A DNA stretch of 62,083 bases, counting the filler, from Catajapyx aquilonaris (lineage: Eukaryota), in assembly GCA_000934665.2 (NCBI GenBank). It is 2 parts of 2 records of this genome, joined end to end, with 100 filler letters (N's around TTAATTAATTAA, not from the genome) between each part and the next. Parts side by side here need not be neighbours in the genome. Positions count along the whole stretch, not along the records: positions 1 to 30,989 come from KZ539178.1; positions 31,090 to 62,083 come from JYFJ02004598.1. One strand, written 5' to 3'. Shown here piece after piece: positions 24,160 through 36,261 of this stretch (positions are counted from its first letter, which is position 1; every line of letters starts with the position of its first letter). A program made the position numbers and the translations under genes. Under the pieces are notes generated by a model. The model was not told where the DNA came from. It did not search any database and worked only from the letters and a program-made list of their open reading frames with translations.

Positions 24160-25012
24160 CCCTTTGTCTCCCGTTCGATTTTGCACTGTTCGGGTGGGTG
24201 TTTAAAAAGAGAGCCCTAGGTGAAAATCGCTGGATCTGGCACCATTGGTTTTGCTCTCAATTCATGTACAAGAGGGGGCTGAACATTGCGAGACATACCA
24301 ACCTACGCTGCATATCGAGAGAGTGCAGCAACCGACTCATAAACTATGCACAAGATGGTGATGTCATCCTATTGCATCATATACGTGGATTATTAAAGAC
24401 GGCTTGTACCCATCTAAAAAATCCAAGATCATTCTATAATCTATATGGTTGCCCAGTCTCTCGGATGATTTATGAAAACATTAGTGGCGTTAAAATTTTT
24501 TAAAAGGTCCGGCTTAAAAGGAAGTAATGCAATCCGTCAGGTGCAAAAAAAAAAAAGCAGCTATGGTGATGAGCCAGCAACGCCAAGAGCTCCGAGCAGT
24601 CCGCCCGGCCAATTAGGTGCAAGGATGCTTTTTACGACCAAAATGGGGCCGGGGGAGATTGCCTACCCTTCACAGATCATTCTGATTTTTCCCCTGGCAA
24701 AAAGTAAGTTGCAGTATTTCTGAAATTTCTTTCATACTGGGAAATATGCAGCAGGGAGCTGTGTGTATTTAAATTTGTGCAGTAAGGGTTTGTTTCGGGT
24801 TGTTTTAAATGAATGAAACCTTTGGCCAATGACGTCATGCCATTAAAAATATCACGCGAGTGGCGTAAATACTCATGAACATAGAAACTATGAACATTTC
24901 TTAAGGCTATGGTGAAAGAAATTTCCATCGGGGTTATACCAGTGAATTTTCAAACAATATTTTGTTTGATTGTATTTCAATACAACCAAATTGGGTCACA
25001 GGAGACAAAGGG
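24160..25012. mobile_element. piggyBac-type non-autonomous element
   Basis: TTAA|CCCTTTGTCTCC...GGAGACAAAGGG|TTAA. Confidence 0.85.
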
Positions 25013-25103
25013 TTAATTGAAATATCTCGACACATTTGCCATTACCAAAGCTCATCAAGCAAAAAATGGAAGGTGCCCCACTTTATGGCACAAAATAACT
25101 TAC

Positions 25104-25252
25104 TTCTGATGTGGACCTCCTAATCTCCCAAACACTATGAAGACCGCTATTCTTGTCATACATAACACAAATGGATGGACTGACATTGGTAAAAACCATC
25201 TCATGGTGGTCATCCGAGAAGAAATTGAAGTAAGGCTGCACCAAATTTGTTG
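25104..25252 (-). CDS. ANAPC1: ANAPC1 internal exon
   Basis: tcacag|CA...GAA|gtaagt, 149 nt, phase 1 to 0; MVFTNVSPSICVMYDKNSGLHSVWEIRR matches APC1 IVFLNTDPSIVMTYD...HSVWTLRR. Confidence 0.92.
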
Positions 25253-25314
25253 CTGTGAAAACCATTCAAGTTATTAGTCAAACATTGTCTGTTGCAATAA
25301 CTGCAAAATACAAC

Positions 25315-25483
25315 CTTGTCGCCTCAGGACAGGAGTGATCTCATCCAATGGATGGACTAGGGCGAACATGACTGGCAGTCCACCTTCTTCAGTCATTAGT
25401 CGTTCCATGCTTGTCCTGCTAGGTTGTGAGCTCTGGCTTCTTTGAAACACAAGGCCAAGGCTTGTGGACCACATTTTACTTAC
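25315..25483 (-). CDS. ANAPC1: ANAPC1 internal exon
   Basis: ttgcag|GTA...CAA G|gttgt, 169 nt, phase 0 to 1; VSKMWSTSLGLVFQR...LPVMFALVHPLDEITPV matches APC1 VANVWPTKYGLLFER...LPTMFSMLHPLDEITPL. Confidence 0.94.
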
Positions 25484-25538
25484 CTGCAAAAATCAATCTG
25501 TGTTGGCACTGGCTTTGTAGAGTAGAAATGGGACTTAC

Positions 25539-25633
25539 CTGGAAGGGTACATGAACCAAAAACCGCTCCCCTTCTTTAGTAAAAATGGAAAGACTGGTTG
25601 ATTCCAATATAGCCAGGGATTCGATTGCACTAC
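25539..25633 (-). CDS. ANAPC1: ANAPC1 internal exon
   Basis: attcag|GT...CAG|gtaagt, 95 nt, phase 1 to 0; SLSIFTKEGERFLVHVPFQ resembles APC1 ...EGKDYIASLPFQ. Confidence 0.9.
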
Positions 25634-25981
25634 CTGAATGGAAAATAAACATATCGGAAAGATGCAGTCTACACTCTAGAACCGTCTTATTGAAAAACAC
25701 ACCAATTGAGAACCTCCATCTATCAACTATAGTGAAAAATGTTCGATAACAGACACTGGAGATAGGATAAGCTTGACCATCATGGAACTTCTCCCTGGTC
25801 TCTGAGAAGGATTTTCAATGTAGAGTATTTCTGTTTCATATAATGGGGCCCCTTCAGCATGAAAATATTTTGCAGAAAGGAAGGAATCGGCCACATGCCG
25901 GAATTTCATCCCAAATTTGCCTTTACAGTAATTTGTACAAGCCCACCATGAAATTCAAACAAATAAATCCAGCTAACTAAC

Positions 25982-26186
25982 CCTCTGGGACCCCATCCAG
26001 TCCATGTGTGGGAGGTGGGAAAGAGCACCACACAGCATCCCGTATAGGTCTTTCCATGCAGTAGCTCTTCAGAAGCTTGCGAGATCCTTCCTGGATACCC
26101 TGGCTAACTATGGCAACAGAATCATTTATGTACAGCTCCTCTTCACATAAGCCATCGTTATCCACACTGCGGAGATGCCAGAACTC
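25982..26186 (-). CDS. ANAPC1: ANAPC1 most 5' coding exon found
   Basis: ttctag|GAG...GAG G|gttag, 205 nt, phase 0 to 1; EFWHLR...EEELYIND...VSQG...KSYCMERPIRDAVWCSF matches APC1 ESWQLR...DEELYVAG...WSKG...KAFTVDSPVQQALWCDF. Confidence 0.93.
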
Positions 26187-26337
26187 CTAGAAAGAAGGGA
26201 AAGTCAGCACAGGCATCAAAAAAGGAACTATTTTTTACCAGTGTGCAAATGAAGAAAAGAAGCACATATAAAACTCATCTTTAGCTTGAAAATTATTCCA
26301 CATGCTCAGGTCACATAAAAAATAACCCAACAGTATA

Positions 26338-26860
26338 CAGGGTGGACCAACTTCAAGTGTCGTTTTATAACGGCTATTAATAGAAGCGCTTTACGATTGA
26401 CGTAGCAGCGACGTGTAAAATTGCCAACTTCGGCGCCATCGAAAATATTAGCTGTTTCGTTTGCAGGCTTCCCCCTTTCATTACAGGTCCATCGGTGCGT
26501 TGGGTGCCGAAGTGAGACATTTTACACGTCGCTGCTACACAGCAGCGACGTGTAAAACGGCCCACTTCGGCGCCATCGAAAATATTAGCTGCCAATAGCA
26601 GCACACATGTAATCAACCCTGCTGCTGGGTTGACCTGAAAAAAAGGAGGTGCACACATGACCTGCGATGCGCCTGGGTGAAATGGGTGACGCCCAAGGCA
26701 CCAGATGGACCTGTAATGCAAGGGGGAAGCCTGCAAACGAAACACAGCTAATATTTCCGATGGCGCCGAAGTGGGCATTTTACACGTCGCTGCTACGTCA
26801 ATCGTTAAGCGCTTCTATTAATAGCCGTTATAAAACGACACTTGAAGTTGGACCACCCTG
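26338..26860. mobile_element. Tc1/mariner-type foldback MITE
   Basis: TA|CAGGGTGG...CCACCCTG|TA, inverted arms of about 150 bp with an internal duplicated segment. Confidence 0.88.
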
Positions 26861-27321
26861 TATACACGGGGTTTCCAAGTATATCCTCCTGCGACCTGAT
26901 GTCATATGTCGACATCAGCAAAAAAAAATTGGCGCCAACTAGTGATGCCAACAGAAATGTAATCTGTTGGTATCCCATGATTACAATCTGGTCTCAATAG
27001 GTGTAGCCACCTGGTGTCAAATATCTGACTTTGGCTGCGAAAATTAAATCACTCATGAAATGGCAGATGCCGCTGCTGAAGCTATGCGTTCATCTGATAA
27101 GTATTATTTTTTTACTCATATTCGCATTGTGATTTTCGTCAATGCAGTGAATGTGCTGGGATTCACAAGGAATGTGTATTAGGATGCAAAGAGAAGTGTC
27201 TGTGACAATCTTTGTTGCTGTAGAGAACTGGTAATTGTCTTGTCATGCTGAGACAAAATGTCCATTTAAATGGACACCTGAAAAAAAAAATATCACTGAA
27301 TGGACTGTAATTTTTCTTTCA

Positions 27322-28054
27322 AGGGTTCAGTTATTTTGCATGTTGGGCTTCCAAGATCAAGGAAGACTCCCTGATTCCAAAAATGTGGCCGGTTTTTTAA
27401 TCTGACGCCGAGTAAGCACTGCTGTTAGGTGAAAGTTGAAACCGCTACTGTATTAGATACGGTAATCGTACAGCTAGCACCTCCCACAGAGATCCCGGTA
27501 ACCTGCAACCACATGAGATTGGCTTACCCGAGAAGTCAGTTTTTGAACTAGGAAGTGGATGGATCACTTGGCCCTTCCTCACATGCGGCCAAGATGTGGG
27601 CAATGTATTCCTCGTATCTCTCCGGATTATACTGTACGTCGCGACACTACCCGTATTGGTAAGTCTAGAACTGGTATGGCAGTATCCCGCCGTGGGCATC
27701 ACACAGCGGCACGTTCCGATCACTCGTCCTCCTTTGCCCTGCCCTTCTCATCCTTCCCTGCATTCCCATGGCCCTTGGCACCGGGGGCGGGTTCCGCTCG
27801 GGTCAAAAACACAAAAACCAGGCTTGCACGTGGTTTGTCGCCATGGGGGCGACAATCTTTTCCCGTGCTTAGAGCTTCCATCCTTGCCGCTAGAGAGAGA
27901 CAGTCATCGGCATTGATTTTTTTAAACATCGACTTTGAATCGAAATTTTACACTTATGGTGGTGCATTTGCTACCAAAACGGACAGGATATTCAGAATCA
28001 GGAAGTCCTGCTTGATTTTTGAAGCCCAACATGCAAAATCACTGACCACTTCCT
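27322..28054. mobile_element. Non-autonomous TIR element, Kolobok-like
   Basis: About 27325-27378 is an inverted match to about 27995-28048; right end ...CCACTTCCT|TTAA; left terminus degenerate. Confidence 0.6.
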
Positions 28055-28067
28055 TTAAGTGCATGTA

Positions 28068-28280
28068 CAGTCGGTTAAAGGAGTATGTTACCAGACCCCT
28101 AACCTAGAAATTAGCCTCCAACAGAGGTGCTGCCTAGGGGAGTGAGATTTATTGTATCAGGGGGAAGAACAGAGGTGCTGCTTCCCCCTGATACAATAAA
28201 TCTCACTCCCCTAGGCAGCACCTCTGTTGGAGGCTAATTTCGAGGTTAGGGGTCTGGTAACATACTCCTTTAGCCGACTG
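28068..28280. mobile_element. Palindromic Tc1/pogo-type MITE
   Basis: TA|CAGTCGG...CCGACTG|TA, near-perfect arms of about 100 bp. Confidence 0.88.
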
Positions 28281-30989
28281 TACCTATACACCCACAAGGA
28301 AGTGTACTTTGCACTACAGTTCAGTTTTAAAATCTAGAATAGCGAGGTATCATGCTATGAGGTAAGAAGAGAAGGAGCAATCCCCATACCTGACGTTTTG
28401 GCCTTGAAAAATAATTGCTGTTTATCTTTAATTGAATCGTGGAAATCAAAACAGCGCCATGTTGCATTTTCAAGACTTGCGAATCTCGACCTTATTGAAC
28501 GAAGCCCATAATAACGAATATACGCATCGCACATGCTTGGTATTGGTATCCGAAGAAAGATTTGTCAAAACTGTCGACATACCACGTGGTCCGACCCCCG
28601 CAAGTTGAACGACGACTGAATGGCAATTGACAGTTGGACCCCCCCGCAGAGGCCCAAAAAAACATAGCGCGGTTGTGATTTCCACACTGCTGTGGAACGT
28701 AAAACCACACTATGTTGAGCGAAAATCAAATTTATGATGCACAAAACTCGCAATTATGATTCGCAGAATAGAGTGCGGGATAAATAGTTCCAGCGAAACT
28801 GAACCCATACGAGGTGGTTCGAAGCTCGTAGCTCAAGCAGGAGCCGTACAGTGAGCGGCAGTAGTACACCCCCCATCTGAAACATACCCCGAACATAGCA
28901 CGGTTTTACGTTACATGGACCATCGAATGAAAGGAAGCGCACGGAATCTAGGTACACTGCTGGGTTCCCGATTTCTTCGGTCCAGTGGCACATGATGCGG
29001 TGTTCTAAATACGTAGAGGTGTGTCGCATATTACCGCCCGTGTTCGAGGTCTGATAATGTATGTCGCCATAATGAATCTCTCTAAGTGTAATGCACTTGG
29101 TACACATGTTCCCTAGACCTATGAGAGCCATTTTGAGAGTTGGCGGCACCTGATCAGCGCCTTAGGGCACGAGTTATGCTGTGTTGCCAACCTGGTCCGG
29201 GGGCTATAAGCATTTCAAGCGTGCGAGTCCATCTGCCAAGAGATCTCCCTACAAAGAGGTGTCGTGTGTGTTGCCGCATGTGTATAAGGGTAGGCCAATG
29301 TTTCGGGTCGTCTACCTCGTTACAGGTTGGTCCCTCGCCATTTCTGCCCCCTACATTTTGACTTGCTTTGGGCCAAGGAATACGCTGCCGGAGGGATGAC
29401 CTACTAGTAAGAAACACCCTGGATACATATTCAATGATTATGTCATGTGGTACTAGAATGTATGGGGGTCATGTTCCCTGCCTTGATAGGTCAAAGTCAG
29501 TTACTGTGTTTTAGCCTTTTTGTAGCATCTTCAAGTCTACCAAAAGAGCACATGGTGGCTCTTACTGTGTTTTCGTTTCAGCCTTTCCTCAGCTTAGACT
29601 GAGGTTAGAACTACGAAAAAAATACCAGTAGGTGCACCTTGATATGAAGCATTTGGTGGTGACAATAACTGATTTTGGAGGGAAATGCAACTTACTGTGT
29701 TTTCGGTTTTGGCGGCAGACATGTAAACAGGGTGTCACATCTGTTAGCTCATGCCTTTATCAGTTCGAATCTTTCAGTTAAGATCTTTAGTTAAGATGGC
29801 ACACTGGTTGAATGGTGTGGATTGCCTACATGGTTTCCACACCGCCTTGATCTGATCTCTGGAATACCCAGTACATTAATGTAGCCCTATGAGTAGACTG
29901 TTTTCAGAGCCTAAATGCCTACCTATTTAAGGGTATTTTAGAACCTAAAATTCTGTTCCTTACCTATGAGTGAGCTGGAAAAAATATCATCTGCTGTTTC
30001 ATCAAAATTATAGAACCAAAATATTTTGATTCACATTTTCATGAATGTAAAATTAATAGAGTTTTTAAAAAGAAGTTGAATGTAAAGAAGTTGAGAAAAT
30101 GGGTGAGTGACTTCTTGAGTCACTGCACAAGGGCACAAAAAGGCAAATATTTCTCAGCAGTGAAAATCATTTACTTAGTTATAAAAAATGCACAATAGTA
30201 GCTAACATCCTCTGTACAGTATCTTCCTCCTTTGTTCCAACGCAACAACTGCGTGGTTTCCAACGTGATGTTTTAAGTGTGATAGAATCACTTGGATTTC
30301 AACAGGTTTTCTGCCAATACTTGTACATGGCATGTATTTTTATGATTTAGGCCAGAAATAGTTCAACTGCGAAGTCAGAGGGCTCTATTTTTAAAAATAC
30401 ACAGTAATTACGTCTTTGTATAATTAGTGAGCATTGAATCATATACTCTCCTGCAAAAAAAACTTAAGGTGAGAGGCTTTCTCAAGTGCCATAATATCCC
30501 ATTTTTGAAAATAAACCATTTTCCTCTGTGGAAATAAGAGTAGGCTTCCTTAGAGTCCATAAAACGCATCCACTTCTGCATGACTAGCATTTTACACTTT
30601 CAAAATCAATCAACACTCTAGCAATTGAAGTCAGGCTGTCAAAAATTGATCCTTCAACCCTCAGAGCCCGGCAAGTAAATGGCAGACTGTACTACCAAGT
30701 AAGCCGGCAAGCCTTTTCGTGAGTTTTATTTTACACCCCAAAAATAATGTTACAATAAAAGATTACATAGGAAAGTTATACATGAATGTTTAGTCTTAGA
30801 CTTGGGGCCTTTAAAAAAAAACACACACACATTTGGAGGTCATGTGACCATGGTGGCCATTTTGAATATATAAGATTTTGTGTTAATGGATGGCAATACA
30901 GTAAAACCCCTGTTGTTGGACACCCCTATAGGTTGGACACCCCTGTATGTTGGACATTTTTGGCGGAACCGTGGAAAAGCCTATCCATT

Positions 30990-31089
30990 NNNNNNNNNNN
31001 NNNNNNNNNNNNNNNNNNNNNNNNNNNNNNNNNTTAATTAATTAANNNNNNNNNNNNNNNNNNNNNNNNNNNNNNNNNNNNNNNNNNNN
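30990..31089. other. Artificial contig-joining linker
   Basis: Exactly 44 N + TTAATTAATTAA + 44 N = 100 bp; the 12-mer places stop codons in all six frames. Confidence 0.93.
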
Positions 31090-31222
31090 GCACTTTTAAA
31101 TGTGCCGTAATTGATCCAGTAATGTCATTTTGATGCAACAGAGTGATGGAATGTATGTTTACAGGCATGGGCTAGCTAGTTATGAACAAAAATCCCAAAT
31201 CCCAGACCAAGGCTAGTTCCCC
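31090..31222. mobile_element. Terminal fragment of the 35576-36261 element, cut by the contig start
   Basis: Near-identical reverse complement of 35576-35708, ending ...TTCCCC|AT. Confidence 0.85.
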
Positions 31223-31305
31223 ATTATACTATATGATGTCCCTTATTGTGTGAGCGGATATCGCATTAAACATACTATTACCGGACTTTAATTTTTCTGT
31301 TCAGA

Positions 31306-31656
31306 TTTTTTGTTTTTTTTTACGTTACCCCGTGCTAGGGCCATGGGCCATTTTAGGGGGTGGGATACCACCATTTGCTTAAATTTTCTATTTTTTTCTT
31401 CTTCACTCCGGTGAAAGGATGAAAGGACATGGGGAAGGGATAGGGAATTTTTGGGGAGGGAACATGGGTGCAAGGTGCACGTCTGAAAACGGGTCATGTG
31501 CTGTTCCCCAGGAGGTTAGGTTGCCAGACACCTCCTTGGTGCAGGTCAGAGACCCTCCTGACGCAGGTGAAAGGAAAGTTCCCCAGGCGGGGATCGAACC
31601 TGGGGCCTTTCACACAGCAAGCCGTGACGTTACCATCACGGCCACCACACCTCCCC
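31306..31656 (-). mobile_element. tRNA-derived SINE (family 3)
   Basis: Head GGGAGGTGTGGTGGCCGTGATGGTAAC...GGTTCGATCCC; 11-bp TSD TTCTGTTCAGA (31295-31305, 31657-31667); homologues at about 34715-35057 and 41006-41310. Confidence 0.88.
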
Positions 31657-32820
31657 TTCTGTTCAGAATATAGACTGACTTGACCTCCAACAAGATTAGC
31701 CCAAGTTCTACATTACATTACGTATACTCGATTTCGACAATCACCTGTGCAAAGTAGGCCTATTCTGCTAACTAGTTCTTCATTATTTTGTTATCATCTC
31801 TTCTTCTGCCACATCCTGTGCTTGCAGCAACAACTCAAACTATGCCTTACCTAATAAATGTATTATTATCGTTATTGTACGACAGAATATTAAGGCTGGT
31901 TGCGTGATCTATCGTAAATCCAGAACAAGTGATTATTCCGATTTGAATAACAAGGCTCAACCACTGGTTCTGGGTTTACCGTCGATCAAGCTACCTGCTC
32001 TTAACAATGCTGTAGTTAGCATCAAAATTTGATGGTCCCATGCACCCTTTTATTTTCTGGTATCATAATCGCTACAGGCTATACCAAGAGCTGGCTATGC
32101 GCACAATTAGGGCAATAATTTGATGTTCTTCCTTCCTCTCCCCCATTCATTCATTTCCCCCCACTTTTGCGGATTCGAAATTATAGTATTTTTCGGGAAA
32201 AAACACAGGAGCATCATACAAACTGAGCATTCTAGATGTCCAACGGAGCAGCAAATTCACAAACTGATGCACCCCAGTAATTTTAAGTTCTATACAGTAT
32301 AGTCTGTTGCAAAATTAGATGTCAAATATGGCGGTGTAACTCCGATTACAGTAAATGCGTTTTTCAGCAAAGTTCTTCAGACCCCAAAAACAGTTTGAAC
32401 AATCTATACGATCTTGCCACTACCCATTTTGCGATAGATGATTACTTTTCTACCTATAAGGTACGAGTATTTTTGAACTCCATTACGAAACTGATATGCA
32501 AAATCCGATGCCATCCGACCTTGTGTTTAATTATTTTTACTAGCAATACAGGACCGGATGGAAACTCTTGACGCAAGTTGCGTGGTGGGAGGAGACTTAC
32601 GGAGCTAGCAAAATCAAAGGAGTCAGGAGTGTTATATTACGGTCATGATTCACACAATCATATTTCAAACGTAAATGTGATTTAATCAGCCTACGCCTGG
32701 TATCATCCATTCTGAAAAATTCTTATTTCAGCAAAATGCCTGGCTTAATTTTGTCCTGTAGTGCAGGAACCATCTAAGAATTGCGAGAACTTGTGCCCAT
32801 GCTATGGTTCAAACGTCTTT

Positions 32821-33317
32821 GAGGACGTTCCTTAATTCACCGGTAGCCGACCGGGGCGACCGCAACTGTTCCTAAATTCTCCGGTCCGCCGACCGGTAGC
32901 TGAGGCAGCGTCATGTATGACGTCACCGGTAGGGAACCGCTCGCACCGGCCGAGGGATATGGTTCGTCCGGTCGATCCAACATGGCGACTCCCAGCACTG
33001 GATATGAGACGGGGTTGTGGGCATGCGAAACTGGCCTACTTCGGGCGTTTGAACACCGAAAAGGATGTATAAATGAGCTGCGGCCATTTCTGTCCCCTGG
33101 CATGTCTATTTCGCATACTATTTCGGACTCAGGTGAGGCTATGCAGATGTTTCAAAAGAGGGTGACTAATTCCATGTTCGAATTCTGCGGTTGGTTGTTA
33201 CCGGTGCGTACCAAAAAACGTTCCTTTAATCCGAGCGTTGACGTCATTGGTACCCGAACCGGAGGGGAACCGGCAGGGCGCACCGGTCTGCGCACCGGTC
33301 CATTTAGGAACGTCCTC
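32821..33317. mobile_element. TIR MITE with GAG..CTC termini (Sola-like, tentative)
   Basis: GAGGACGTTCCT...AGGAACGTCCTC with ACCGG subterminal repeats; TSD not clear. Confidence 0.65.
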
Positions 33318-33339
33318 CATGATTGTCTCGTTCGTTATA

Positions 33340-34223
33340 CAGTGAAATCCCGATAACTCGAACCACCATGGGACCGAGAGAGAGAGAAAACAAATCCACT
33401 TATCGACTATGGTGGGGAAAACATCACCCGCACAAATTAAACACCTACAGTATGCGTCTCGCTACTGGGACACGAACGTACACGATTGCAAGTGAGGGTC
33501 CCGCTAGACAAATTCGGCGGAAGGCTGAGCGGGCGGAAAACGTGCGATTGGGGCGCGGAATGTGAGTGGTGGCAATTCACAAATTCGGCGGTGGCGCTGC
33601 GGGCGGAAACTGGTGCGGTGGGAATCGCTCAAGTCCAACTGGATGGACTTGTGCGATTGCCACCGCTCAGGTTCCGCGCCCCAAACCACGCCCCCAAATG
33701 AATTCTTGCCGCCCGCTCAGCCTTCCGCCGAATTTGTGAAGCAGTATGCTCTGAGGCAAAAGGCATGTCACCACCGCAAAGGAACGCATGAGTCACTACC
33801 TACAGGAAAGGGCGGCCCAGCTTTTAAAACACGTGGCTTTCAGATGGTTTTGTACATAGCTTCGCGGCTTATCGAGAATTAACCAGCTGGGGTGGAAATC
33901 TCCAAGAATGAATCATACGACAGGTTTGCCCAAATTGGAAATTCCGCGGTGTTGACAAAATTCGACTTGTTAATAGTGAAAGTGCTGCGGAGTTCACAAA
34001 GTATATTCGACTTATCGAGAAAATCGAGTTATACAAATTCGAGTTATCGGAATTCAATTAAATTGAATTCCGATAACTCGAATTTGTATAACTCGATTTT
34101 AATTCGGATTTTTTCGGATTGTAATGCAAATTTTGCATTACAATCCGCCAATAAGTCCGAGATTTGCTTCGACTAATCGAGAATTTCGAGTTATAGGTAT
34201 TCGAGTTAATGGGGATTTGACTG
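33340..34223. mobile_element. pogo/Tigger-like MITE with nested inverted-repeat element (about 33509-33737)
   Basis: TA|CAGTGAAATCCCGATAACTCGAA...TTCGAGTTAATGGGGATTTGACTG|TA; inner ACAAATTCGGCGGAAGGCTGAGCGGGCGG with its inverted copy. Confidence 0.8.
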
Positions 34224-34714
34224 TATCAAGAGTACGCTCTGATTATTCTGTGTGTGGGTGAATTTCCTGGATTTTCGACTCATATTTCTGGCCTGAATTG
34301 CAGACTGTCGTTCTTGGAAGGAAAGGCAAATGCCCACACAATTTGAATATGGAGAAATCATCACAGCGGGGTAACAGCTCAAAATTACTACAGTGAAGGG
34401 GGAAGAAACGGATTATTTTTTGCTAAGTACTGCTGGTAACCAGGGAAGTAATTAGGAAATTATAAGGCATGCTGCGCACTTGCAGGGAATCTAGTAGGAC
34501 CAGATTTTTGAGATGCTTGGCGGCGAATATATTATGCCGTCGGTTTTGCAATGACCCGGAAAAGTGCCTTAATTTTTTTTTTAAATAAGCTTTTTACTAT
34601 TGAATCGGGCATTGGTAAAAAGTATAAAGCTGCGTTTACATGTGGGCGATTTGATCGGCGATGTCATCGCCGAACCATGAAATTTTAACGAAAGCAGTGA
34701 TTTTGGTGAAAGTA

Positions 34715-35057
34715 TTTTTTAAATATTTTATTTTATTTTACCCCGTGATACAACTATAAGCCGTTATAGGGGGGTGGCAACCACCATCAGTTTTCTAGTG
34801 TTTGTAACTTTTCTTCTCTCACCGGTGCGATGCAAGGAAACAAGGACATAGGGTAAGGATAGGGATTTTTGGGGGAGGGAACATGGGTGCAAGTGCAATG
34901 TTTGTAAAGGGGTCACGTGCAGTCCCCCAGGAGGTTAGGTTGCCAGACACCTCCAAGGCGCGAGTCAGAGACCCTCCTGACGCAGGTGAAAGGTAAATCC
35001 CAGGCGGGGATCGAACCTGGGACCTTTCACTCAGCAAGCCGAGACGTTACCATCTCG
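34715..35057 (-). mobile_element. tRNA-derived SINE (family 3), slightly 5'-truncated
   Basis: Homologous to 31306-31656; imperfect TSD TTTGG..GAAAGTA. Confidence 0.82.
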
Positions 35058-35575
35058 GTTTGGCCGAAAGTAGAAATCCCATTGAATAAGGTGCGTTTAC
35101 ATGTGGGAGATTTGATCGGATATTTGCATCGCCCGTGAATTGTAGCGGTTCTGACGTCATGACGCAAGCGATAGCGCTTATGCATTGCCCGTGTGTTTAC
35201 ATGCCGATGCCCCCCCTTCTTAAACGCGATTGCCACTTTCGGCCCAAATCATTGCTTCCGTTAGGATTTCATCTGCTCCGGCGATGCAAATATCCGATCA
35301 AATCTCCCACATGTATAAACGCGGCTTAAAGAAGGGAGTGCATCGGCGATGACATCGCTCAGGTCTGCTTGATGAAGACGACGGCAATGACATCGCCGCA
35401 CATCGCCGTGGCATGCCAACAGTAGCCTACATCAGTTACTGGTTACAGGTACAGATTACTGTACTGTGGGCATGCCGTGGTAGTGATGCACGTCGCCGGC
35501 CAGTCGCCGGCTTGTAAACACATGTGCAAGGTATAAGCGCTATCGCTTGCGTCATGACGTCATAACCGCTACAAT

Positions 35576-36261
35576 GGGGAAGTAGCCTTGGTCTGGGATT
35601 TGGGATTTTTGTTCATAACTAGCTAGCCCATGCCTGTAAACATACATTCCATCACTCTGTTGCATCAAAATGACATTACTGGATCAATTACGGCACATTT
35701 AAAAGTGCCTTCAAAATTGGCGGGAAAAAAGGGGCAGCCGGGTGGTGCCAATCGAAAGGGTACACTGAAATGCCTGGTTGACTGCGAGATATGAGGAATT
35801 TGACTTTGAATTAACCGCGGACACGACGGAAAGCATTCGCAAGGCCATCGAGGTGGAGAAAGGGGGGCCTTTATGTGCCTAATTCGGGAGACAGATATTT
35901 CCGAGCTGGTGGCATCACTGCCACGTACAAAGCGGCTTGAGCGGCTTAGAGTAAAAACTCGCCCGTTACCTGGCAACTAAGTAAACACTCGGACTGCTCA
36001 AATGTCCAGCCGTGTCCAGCACAGTACAACGAATTATTTTACGGCCCTGCCGGGGCGCGTTCTGTAACATCATTTTTCCGTTCATTTCACTTCGCGTGAC
36101 GTCAACATTTTCGAGGCAAACAGTGACGTCACCATTTGCCTACGAAAAAACGCCAATATCTCCGGAACCGAAACTGATATCTTAAAACGGAATACGCCAA
36201 AAAAATCCAAAAAATATGGGCGAATTTATTATGTAGTTTCCAAAATGAAGGCTACTTCCCC
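35576..36261. mobile_element. Non-autonomous element with AT TSD (ISL2EU-like)
   Basis: AT|GGGGAAGTAGCCTT...AAGGCTACTTCCCC|AT; removing it restores the host motif AACCGCTACAAT.CACGGGCGATG seen inverted at 35127-35150. Confidence 0.78.

Noticed and set aside
26377..26778. ORF containing LGRHPFHPG as the ANAPC1 first exon
   Set aside because: Lies inside a TA-flanked MITE, has the wrong GR-to-HPG spacing, and lacks a suitable start and phase-0 donor.
27559..28107. 182 aa ORF
   Set aside because: Runs through a TIR element and into the next MITE; no recognisable domain.
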